This document shows, piece after piece, positions 35,693 through 43,576 of a stretch of DNA of 64,000 nucleotides. This stretch comes from Bryobacterales bacterium (GTDB lineage Bacteria > Acidobacteriota > Terriglobia > Bryobacterales > UBA6623): the NCBI GenBank assembly GCA_965204435.1, contig OZ241997.1, forward strand, positions 5,817,132-5,881,131. The letters run 5' to 3'. The notes under the pieces are model-generated. The model saw only the letters and a list, made by a program, of their open reading frames with translations, searched no databases and had not been told where the DNA came from. The translations under genes and the position numbers were made by a program. The first letter of the stretch is position 1, and each line of letters starts with the position of its first letter.

Positions 35693-37471
35693 CTACGGCG
35701 CCGGATCCGCGAGGATTTGGTTGTAGGTGCGTTGCCGCATGGGTATCGCTTCGAGCTGGGGCAGTGCGCCGTTCTTTTCCGCCTCGATCCACCACAAGTC
35801 CTGCAGTTCCTTGAGCTTCTCCGGGTGTTGGGTAGCTAGGTCGGTCGTCTCTGTGAAGTCCGCCTCAACGTTGTAGAGCTCCCAATGGTCGGACTCAAAA
35901 TCCGTCCCCGGGGTATGGAACGCTACCGCCTTCCAGCCCCTGTGGTAGATTCCTCGGCTGCCCCACAGCTCGAAGAACTGCGTGTCGCGTGGAGCTGGAG
36001 CCGCCGGATCCTCGAACGCCGCCCTCATGCTTCCGCCGTGCATGGGCATCTGGCAGACGCCATCGAAGGCTTGCGGTGCCTCGATTCCGAGATAGTCGAG
36101 CACGGTTGGAGTGATGTCGATGACGTCGACGAACTGCTCGCGCAATCCGGGTCTGCGAATTCGATCGGGCCACGAGACGATCATCGGCGTGCGCACTCCG
36201 CCGTTGAACGGCCACAGCTTGTAGTACTTGAACGGCGCGCTGGAGGCCATCGCCCAGGGCCGGGGATAGAGCGGCTGCGTGCCGGGGCCGCCCAGTTCGT
36301 CCAGCCGTTCGTGCATCTCCTGCACGGTTGTGGGATCGCCGTACGAACGTGCGAAATTCCCTTTCACGCCAGCTTCCGGCGCGCCGCCATTGTCCGAGAT
36401 CAGGACGATCAGGGTGTTGTCGAACTGGCCGTTCTCCCCCAGAAACGAGATCAGCCGGCCGATCTGCTCGTCGGTGTGCTCGGTGAACCCCGCGTAGGCT
36501 TCCATGAACCGTGCGTAGACTCTGCGCTCGGTCTCGCTAAGGTCGCTCCAAGCCGGGTCGCCCGGATTGCGCGGAGGAAGCCTGGCTCCCGACGGAATGA
36601 TGCCGAGCTCCAACTGCCGGCGATAGCGCCTCTCCCTGACCGCGTCCCACCCGTCGTCGAACGCGCCTTCGTAGCGCTTGATATAGCGCTTGGGTACTTG
36701 GATCGGCGCGTGCGTGGCCCCGAACGCCAGGAGCAGGAAGAAGGGTTTCTCGCTGTCCGATTCGAGATTTCCCGACAGCATCGCGATCGCCTGATCCACG
36801 ATGTCTTCCGAGAAATGGTAGTCCGTCCGCTCGGGCGCCGGAACTGCGTGGTTGTCCACCACAAGGTCGGGCTGATACTGGTCGGTCCAGCCGGAGAGGA
36901 ACCCATGGAAACGGTCGAAGCCTTTCTGCAGCGGCCAGTGCGTGCGGTCCCCTGCCGGCGTCATGTCTTCGCGCGGTACCAAGTGCCACTTCCCGGCCGC
37001 GAAGGCGCTATAGCCGTGGCGGCCCAGGATCTGTGCGATGTTCGCTGCCGATGCTGGCACCCGCCCGCGCGTATGGGGGTATCCTTGGTCCCCGCCCGGG
37101 AGCTCCTTCATCCCGACCGAATGCGCGTTGCGGCCTGTCAGCAGCGAGGCCCTCGTCGGAGAACACACGGCCTTCGACTGGAAGTTGTTGAATAGCAGGC
37201 CCCCTTTGGCGAGCGAATCGATATTGGGTGTCGAGACCGAGGAGCCATAGCAGCCCAAGTCTCCGAAACCGGTGTCGTCGAGGACGATGTACACCACATT
37301 CGGACTGCCCGCGGGAGGCCGTGCCGGCTGCAGCGGGGAGGGTGTGGAATCTTCGGCTGTGCGCCCGATGACACCCTCGAATCTCGGTTCCGGAGCTGTT
37401 TCGCAGGTCTCTTGGGCGTAGGCCCCTACCGCGACAGTCCAGAGGAGGGGAATGGCTACGAGCTGTTTCAC
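35693..37471 (-). CDS. Sulfatase (Cys-type arylsulfatase)
   Basis: GTG 37471 overlaps the upstream TGA (GTGA). Signal VKQLVAIPLLWTVAVGAYA. Contains PNVVYIVLDDTG and CSPTRASLLTGR. Confidence 0.9.
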   Translation of the reverse strand: MKQLVAIPLLWTVAVGAYAQETCETAPEPRFEGVIGRTAEDSTPSPLQPARPPAGSPNVVYIVLDDTGFGDLGCYGSSVSTPNIDSLAKGGLLFNNFQSKAVCSPTRASLLTGRNAHSVGMKELPGGDQGYPHTRGRVPASAANIAQILGRHGYSAFAAGKWHLVPREDMTPAGDRTHWPLQKGFDRFHGFLSGWTDQYQPDLVVDNHAVPAPERTDYHFSEDIVDQAIAMLSGNLESDSEKPFFLLLAFGATHAPIQVPKRYIKRYEGAFDDGWDAVRERRYRRQLELGIIPSGARLPPRNPGDPAWSDLSETERRVYARFMEAYAGFTEHTDEQIGRLISFLGENGQFDNTLIVLISDNGGAPEAGVKGNFARSYGDPTTVQEMHERLDELGGPGTQPLYPRPWAMASSAPFKYYKLWPFNGGVRTPMIVSWPDRIRRPGLREQFVDVIDITPTVLDYLGIEAPQAFDGVCQMPMHGGSMRAAFEDPAAPAPRDTQFFELWGSRGIYHRGWKAVAFHTPGTDFESDHWELYNVEADFTETTDLATQHPEKLKELQDLWWIEAEKNGALPQLEAIPMRQRTYNQILADPAP

Positions 37472-38394
37472 GATTCGTTCGCAGTGTTTGTATTTCCGAA
37501 CAACGACATCACGCGGTCGATGAGATAGTCCGCGTAACGATCCGTGTGCGGATCGAGCGTCAATGTGGTCTGCCGGACGGTGTCGCACTCGATGAGCCCG
37601 CGACGCACGAGGAGCCTCTTCTCCATCTGCAGCAGCAGCTCCATGTTCTGCAGGCTGTAGGCCAGGTAGGGCAGCACCGCTTGGAACCGATCCATGGCAC
37701 CGTCGCGGTTGCCCCCGATCGCGAGATCGTAGACTTGCTGGAGTATGTCGGCGACGCCCAGCGCCGGCATGGCCCCGCAGATTCCAGCGTCGATGCCCTC
37801 TAGCAGGTACATGCCTCCCCAGCCTTCGAGGACTTGCACGCCGCCATCTGTCGCCTCTAGGATTTCGGCCACTCTCGGTGCCATCAGCGGCTGTTCCAGC
37901 TTGAGGTAGCAGAAGTTTGGGAAGTCCGAGTGCAGGCGCTTCGCCGTTTCAGGCGAGATCGTCGGACCGCCCGGGTTGAAGTCCTGCACTAGTACCGAGA
38001 GGGATGTCGCGCCTGCCACATCGGCCACAAACTTGTACACGTCTTCCTCGGAAATGTCGAACATTCTCGGCACGGCCACTGAGATGACGTCGGCGCCTCT
38101 TTCTTCATTGGCGCTTGCGATCGTCGCAGCATGGATGCCGGCAAAGTGGTTCGACTGCGCGATGACTTGGATTTCTCCGTCCGCGGCATCGACTGCGGTG
38201 CCGACCACCATTTCCCGCTCCAACTCGGTCAGCTTGTAGAACTCGCTCGCGTACGCTGGCAGGCAGACGGCGCTGAAACCGCTGATCGCACAGAATCGAA
38301 CGAGTCGCTCCAGCGACGCGAGGTCGAGCTGCTCCTCTCTGTCGAACGGTGTCGGCAGGACAGGGACGATGCCTGTGATCTGGGCGGTCTTCAT
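37468..38394 (-). CDS. DapA/N-acetylneuraminate-lyase-family aldolase (putative 2-keto-3-deoxy sugar-acid aldolase)
   Basis: ATG 38394 overlaps the upstream TGA (ATGA). MKTAQITGIVPVLPTPFDREEQLDLASLERLV is typical of the DHDPS family. Confidence 0.8.
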   Translation of the reverse strand: MKTAQITGIVPVLPTPFDREEQLDLASLERLVRFCAISGFSAVCLPAYASEFYKLTELEREMVVGTAVDAADGEIQVIAQSNHFAGIHAATIASANEERGADVISVAVPRMFDISEEDVYKFVADVAGATSLSVLVQDFNPGGPTISPETAKRLHSDFPNFCYLKLEQPLMAPRVAEILEATDGGVQVLEGWGGMYLLEGIDAGICGAMPALGVADILQQVYDLAIGGNRDGAMDRFQAVLPYLAYSLQNMELLLQMEKRLLVRRGLIECDTVRQTTLTLDPHTDRYADYLIDRVMSLFGNTNTANES

Positions 38395-39161
38395 TTTGGT
38401 GCCGATGCTGCTCCGACGACACACCCGCCGTCGCAGGTGATGGTTGTGCCAGTGACGTAGTTCGAGGCGTCCGAGACCAAGAATCCGACGATGTCGGCCA
38501 CATCCGATGCCTGCTGGATCTTGCCCAACGGGATCAGGCTCATGAACTCCTCGCGAAATTCCGGAAAGTCTCTCAGCTCGCGCGCGGTCAAGCCTGCCTC
38601 AACGATTCCCGGCGCTATCGCGTTCACGGTGATTCCGTGCGGGGCCAGCTCCAAAGCGGCACAGCGCGCGAGCATCCATACTCCTGCCTTGGAAACGCAG
38701 TACGGGGCGATCAGCTTGTAGGGGACATCCTGCACCCATGATCCCGTGAAGATGACCTTGCCCTTATGGCCGTCGGCTACCCACCGCTTGGTCACTTCCT
38801 GGGTGACATGGAAGTAGCCGTTGAGGTTGACTTCCATGTGCTGGTTCCATTGCTCGACCGTGTACTCGAGGAACGGCACGTTCATCGAGATGCCTGCGTT
38901 GCACATGCACACGTCCAAGCGACCAAATTCCGCCCACACAGCTTCCAGTGCAGCCTGCACAGCCGCCCGGTCGGCCACGTCGACCTGCAAGTACAGCACG
39001 CGGGCGCCCTTGCTGCGAAGGGCGTCGACCCGCTGGGCGTTCGGCTTGATGTCCAGCAGGGCAACGTTCATGCCCATGGCGACCATCTTTTCGGCAGAGG
39101 CGTATCCCAAGTCGCCGATTCCGCCCGTGATCAATCCCACTTTCCGCTCTTGTTGCGCCAT
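38391..39161 (-). CDS. SDR-family oxidoreductase
   Basis: ATG 39161 with GGAGAGAA upstream. Contains GLITGGIGDLG, NAG and a YCVSK catalytic motif. Confidence 0.85.
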   Translation of the reverse strand: MAQQERKVGLITGGIGDLGYASAEKMVAMGMNVALLDIKPNAQRVDALRSKGARVLYLQVDVADRAAVQAALEAVWAEFGRLDVCMCNAGISMNVPFLEYTVEQWNQHMEVNLNGYFHVTQEVTKRWVADGHKGKVIFTGSWVQDVPYKLIAPYCVSKAGVWMLARCAALELAPHGITVNAIAPGIVEAGLTARELRDFPEFREEFMSLIPLGKIQQASDVADIVGFLVSDASNYVTGTTITCDGGCVVGAASAPK

Positions 39162-39169
39162 TTCTCTCC

Positions 39170-40681
39170 TCACCCCGACTGCTCTCCAGTCAGTTCCACA
39201 TCGATATCCTGTCCGTCCTCGCTGCCCAAGATGCTCGCCACTTCGTATGGCCACAGGTGGCGGTCGAAGCTCTCTGCGGCTTGCCGTTTCGGCCAGCCCG
39301 AGAGGGTGGTCCGGCGCGGGCGGTCGAGCAAGTAGTTCGCATAGATCTGGCGGGCGTGTTCCCGGTGCGGGGCCACCGCCTCGGCACTATAGCGGTACTT
39401 CTCCAGACGCTCCGGATCCAAGCGCAGCCCATGCCCGGGTTGCGGGGACAGCCTCAGGTGTCCGCCGTTCCAGTCAAACTGTCCGCCCGCGATCACGTCG
39501 TCGCTTACGTGAATCGTCTCGTTGTCGATCGGATGACAGGTGCGCGGCGTGCGGCCCATGTAAATCCCTACCCGCTCCGGCTCCTGCAGGAACGTGGCCG
39601 CCATCGCGCCCCGGAATGCCAGTTGCGTGCAGAGTTCAAAATTGCTGTGCAGGGCGAGATGCAGTCCCATGAACTTCGCCAGTTGCGCAAAGCGCCATAG
39701 CCCCCAGGGCCCGAGGTTGATGTCCGGCACCGACACGTCCGCCCCCTCGTAGCGCTCAAGCATGTACCAATCGGGCTCCCATCGGTTGGCCATCGGGCCG
39801 GCGCCAGGCGGGTGGATGATCGGCGGCCACCAATGGCACGACAGCGGCGTGCGCAATTCGCCGCGCAGAGCCGTCATCCGCCTGTAGTAGTACTCGGCCT
39901 GATAGCTGCCCTTGGAGGTGTCGCGCTGCGGCGGGCGCTCCGACCGCGGGTAGAAGCGCTGGGGCAGCAACGAGTGCACGGGCTGCTCTGCGTACTCCAG
40001 GTGACAGTCCTCGACGGCATGCAGGATGCGCCTAGCCTCTTGGTAGTTCCATGTGCCGTGAGCGTCGATGCGGATTGCGGTGTCCGGGCCGACGGCATCG
40101 CGAATCCTGTGGATCAGCTCGATGTGATCTTCGGGCTGGTATGCGGTCATCGAGACCTTGACAGCCGGGAATCCCTCGCGAGCCCGCTCGGCCGCGAATT
40201 CCGGCCACGTCTCGTACGTGATCGCGTCGTTGCCCTCCCGGTCGGCGAACCGTTGCCAGGTGTAGGCTGCCATGGGAACTCGATCTGGCGGCGTGAAATC
40301 GGCCTCGAACAGCTCGGCCCAAAGCTGGTGCAGGGGCTTGCCCAGCACCTGCCCCACCAGATCCCACCAAGCCATGAACAGCGGCTCCTCGAGTTCCGTG
40401 TCCAGCAGGTTCCGGCCCGGCTGTCCTTGCAGTCGCGCGACACAATCCCGGGCGTTGCTGTCGAGGTCAACCGACCACTCTCCCGTGCCTACCAGACCCT
40501 GCTTGGTCCGCAATTCGACGAATGCCCACGACACTGCTGGTAACGCCTGCCAGCCGGGCGTGTACACGCCCACCATCGGGATAAGAACCTTGTGAACCGT
40601 GGCTTCGCCAAGCGTCAGCCGGTGTGGTGCCAACAGATCTGCCAGCTTTTCTCGGAACAACCCGATCCGACGCTTGAGCAT
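39170..40681 (-). CDS. Enolase-superfamily (mandelate racemase/muconate lactonizing enzyme-like) dehydratase
   Basis: Contains FPAVKVSM...IRIDAHGTWNYQEARRILHAVEDCHLEYAEQPV. The start is uncertain: ATG 40681, while the track extends to 40813. Confidence 0.75.
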   Translation of the reverse strand: MLKRRIGLFREKLADLLAPHRLTLGEATVHKVLIPMVGVYTPGWQALPAVSWAFVELRTKQGLVGTGEWSVDLDSNARDCVARLQGQPGRNLLDTELEEPLFMAWWDLVGQVLGKPLHQLWAELFEADFTPPDRVPMAAYTWQRFADREGNDAITYETWPEFAAERAREGFPAVKVSMTAYQPEDHIELIHRIRDAVGPDTAIRIDAHGTWNYQEARRILHAVEDCHLEYAEQPVHSLLPQRFYPRSERPPQRDTSKGSYQAEYYYRRMTALRGELRTPLSCHWWPPIIHPPGAGPMANRWEPDWYMLERYEGADVSVPDINLGPWGLWRFAQLAKFMGLHLALHSNFELCTQLAFRGAMAATFLQEPERVGIYMGRTPRTCHPIDNETIHVSDDVIAGGQFDWNGGHLRLSPQPGHGLRLDPERLEKYRYSAEAVAPHREHARQIYANYLLDRPRRTTLSGWPKRQAAESFDRHLWPYEVASILGSEDGQDIDVELTGEQSG

Positions 40682-41079
40682 GGCGTCGAATTCGCGGACA
40701 TCGTCAATGCAAAGCAACACGTTTCGGCCGATCCGCGGCGGCCTAGGTGCCAATCCGCGCCAAGGATTATTCGCTCGCTCCGTCGGACGGCCGTCCGCAG
40801 AACTGCGATCCAATGGCGCCTAGAATACTACAGTTCGCTTAGGCCCCGAGTGAACCCGTTCTGGTCCACTGTCGGCAGCCGGGGCCTGACCTCGATTGAG
40901 AAAGAGACCAGCCACATGCCGCGCATTGACAGGCTCGACGCCCTCGGCCTCCTAGTCGCATATCCGTCAATCTGGTGAGCGCCCCTGCGGAGTTTCTCAC
41001 GCGGGCGGGGAGCGAAGCCGTTTGCTCTGCCTCTGAGATTCTCGACCACGGTTGGAACCTGCCGGCAAGCCGTGCTTGG

Positions 41080-41105
41080 CAAGGTAGCAACCGGTTGCTA
41101 CCTTG
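41080..41105. promoter_or_regulatory. 26-bp perfect palindrome, putative operator of the Phd-VapC module
   Basis: CAAGGTAGCAACC|GGTTGCTACCTTG, with every position checked for complementarity. It ends 6 nt before the antitoxin ATG at 41112. Confidence 0.55.
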
Positions 41106-41111
41106 AATCGC

Positions 41112-41414
41112 ATGAGAGCGGTCGGGATCAAGGTGCTCAAGAGTCGGCTCAGCGAGTACATGCGACTGGCAGCGGCCGGGGAGACCATTCTGGTTACCGA
41201 CCGTGATCGGGTCGTGGCGGAAATAGGCCCACCTCGGGAATCAAAGAGCCCCGTCTTGGGGGATGCGGTGCTGGCCGAAGCGGTGCGCAAGGGTTGGTTG
41301 ACACCTCCGGCCGTGCGTCTAGACGGCCCTCCACCTAGGCCGAAGCCGGTTCTGCCGCTACAAGAAATGCTCGCGGACCTAGAGGTCGACCGAAGCGACC
41401 GGTCAAAGTCGTAG
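41112..41414 (+). CDS. Phd/YefM-type antitoxin
   Basis: MRAVGIKVLKSRLSEYMRLAAAGETILVTDRDRVVAEIGPP. It lies directly upstream of a PIN gene. Confidence 0.8.
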   Translation: MRAVGIKVLKSRLSEYMRLAAAGETILVTDRDRVVAEIGPPRESKSPVLGDAVLAEAVRKGWLTPPAVRLDGPPPRPKPVLPLQEMLADLEVDRSDRSKS

Positions 41415-41422
41415 ACACGGCC

Positions 41423-41797
41423 GTGGCCCTTGCGCATCTCCTCGCGGAGGACCGCCGCCCGCCGCCCGCACTCTGGGAAGGGACCCTCGTCGCCAGCCGA
41501 TTGATCGAGTACGAGATTTGGACTCGGCTACACGCGTACAAGCTATCGGAGTCCCACGGCGAAGCAGCCCACGGAATCATCGAGCGCATCGCGTTGGTGG
41601 AGTTGGCTCCTCCAGTAGTTGAGCGGGCCTTGGACGAGTTCCCTTGTCCTGTGCGCACCCTCGACGCTCTGCATCTGGCGACGTTCGACTTTCTGTGGCG
41701 CCAAGGACAGCCGATCAAGCTTGCGAGCTACGACCACCGGATGGTCGCCGCAGCCCGTGCCATGGGAATGCCCTTGCTGGACATGCGAGCTAGTTGA
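41423..41797 (+). CDS. vapC: PIN-domain VapC toxin, probably N-terminally disabled (no start codon upstream of the catalytic Asp)
   Basis: Homology begins at 41402 (VKVVDTAVALAHLL...). The first in-frame start is GTG 41423, after the VVDT Asp. The remaining acidic residues (IEYE, TLDALHLA, SYDHR) are present. Confidence 0.7.
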   Translation: MALAHLLAEDRRPPPALWEGTLVASRLIEYEIWTRLHAYKLSESHGEAAHGIIERIALVELAPPVVERALDEFPCPVRTLDALHLATFDFLWRQGQPIKLASYDHRMVAAARAMGMPLLDMRAS

Positions 41798-41956
41798 TGG
41801 TCGGGACCGCCGCTGCCGGAATCGCTGCCCCGACCGATGGCAGCGCAAGGCCGCTGACCTTCGGGTTCTGTCACAAGCCGCTTCTTGGTGCTCGCGAGCC
41901 AGGCCCCAAGTGCTAGCGGAACACTCGGGCGCTTCTGCGCCGGCGCCTCGCGGAGC

Positions 41957-43522
41957 TTACCAGTAGACGATGTAGAGCGTCACGAACATACCCACCGTGA
42001 GTGCCCACCACAGGCTCACGCGGCGGTAGATCGGATAGCCGCTAGCCACGAGCGCCCCTGGAAGCCGCGATACCGCCCGCGACCAGATGACGCGGTCCAC
42101 CGACTTGGAGTCTGGCGGCGGAGTTGCCAGGCTGAGCAGCGCCATGCAAGCGAGGGACGCGACGTATACGATTCCCGCGATGTTGAACGCGTTCATCTCC
42201 ACTCCGGCAATGCGCAGCCAGTACGGCAGCACGAACATCGGAAAGCACAGCCCTAGGGTCCAAGCCGCCGCGGTTGCCGTTGCGCGCCGCCAGAAGACGG
42301 CCAGCAGGAAAATCGCCATGATGGGCGCGGCGATCAGGAACCAGCACTCCTGGAAATACGAAAAAATGTTGCCGAAGCTCATCACGACCGGAGCCCACAA
42401 CGCCCCCACGACCAGGATCGCGACCCCTGACCACCGTCCGAAACGGATCAGTGCGGCCTCAGACGCGTGTCGCCGGTAGAGTCCCTTGTACAGGTCCACG
42501 GTGAGGATCGTGGCGCTGGAATTGATCAGGGCTTGGATGGTCGACATGATTGCGCCGCATAGGCCGGCCAGAATCAAGCCCCGCAGCCCGGTCGGGATCA
42601 CCGTCTTGATCAGGAATGGCAGCGCCTCGTCCCCGGCGGCGAGATCGGGCCGCAGCGCGTAGGCAACCATGCCGGGGAAGATGTACGCCAGCGCGGTGAA
42701 TACGCCCAAGAAGCAGGCCAGGACGATGCCCATGCGGGCGTGCCATTCGTTCTTCGCGCCGAGCGAGTTCTGGTTGATGTACTGGTTGGTGCAGAAGTAC
42801 CACGGCCCGGTTGAGAGGGCCAGCACTACCATGGCCGTCCATGGCAGTTCGGGGTCGGAGGCGGGCAAGATGAGATGGGCGCGCTCGCCTGTGCCCACGA
42901 CCGCTTGCCAACCGCCCGGGACTTCGGTCAGGCCGAGGAAGAACACTAGCAGTCCGCCGGCGATGAGCAGGGCTGACTGGAAGACTTGCGTCCAGGCTAC
43001 GGAACTCATGCCGCCGTAGACGGTCAACGTGCCCGAGAGGATCGCAAGCCCCCAAATGCCCGCCTGCAGCGGGATTCCCAGCATCTGCTCCAGCAAGTAG
43101 GCGCCCGAGAAGATCACGCCGGCAAGGTTGATGAATACGTAGCTGATCACGCTGATCACGGCGTACATCCGGCGCACTGTCACGCTGTAGCGCAGTTCGA
43201 GGAACTCCGGCATCGTAACCACGCGGTTGCGCAGATACACCGGGAGGAAGACGCCGATCAGCAGGCTGTAGCCCACGAAATTGAGCCATTCCCAGTTGGC
43301 GACGGCCATGCCGTGCGTGTAGGCGTAGCCCACCACGCCGACCAGTTGTTCGGTGCTCAGCGATGCTCCGATGGTCGAGAATCCGATGACCGCCCACGAA
43401 AGCGTTCCCGATGTCAGGAAGAAATCGCGGGAAGACTCCTTCTTGCGACGACCCGCCCAGAACCCGATCGCCAGGGCCGCGACAAAGTAGGCCCCGAATA
43501 TCGATAAGTCCAACGAGCCCAT
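41957..43522 (-). CDS. Sodium:solute symporter (SSS family)
   Basis: 521 aa, polytopic and hydrophobic. Contains SSS-type motifs such as FFLTSGTLSWAVIGFSTIGASLSTEQLVG. Confidence 0.85.
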   Translation of the reverse strand: MGSLDLSIFGAYFVAALAIGFWAGRRKKESSRDFFLTSGTLSWAVIGFSTIGASLSTEQLVGVVGYAYTHGMAVANWEWLNFVGYSLLIGVFLPVYLRNRVVTMPEFLELRYSVTVRRMYAVISVISYVFINLAGVIFSGAYLLEQMLGIPLQAGIWGLAILSGTLTVYGGMSSVAWTQVFQSALLIAGGLLVFFLGLTEVPGGWQAVVGTGERAHLILPASDPELPWTAMVVLALSTGPWYFCTNQYINQNSLGAKNEWHARMGIVLACFLGVFTALAYIFPGMVAYALRPDLAAGDEALPFLIKTVIPTGLRGLILAGLCGAIMSTIQALINSSATILTVDLYKGLYRRHASEAALIRFGRWSGVAILVVGALWAPVVMSFGNIFSYFQECWFLIAAPIMAIFLLAVFWRRATATAAAWTLGLCFPMFVLPYWLRIAGVEMNAFNIAGIVYVASLACMALLSLATPPPDSKSVDRVIWSRAVSRLPGALVASGYPIYRRVSLWWALTVGMFVTLYIVYW

Positions 43523-43576
43523 AGCGTCGCCTGCTGGTAGCGGTAATCCCTTTCTTGCGGACGCTCCGGACTCGGT

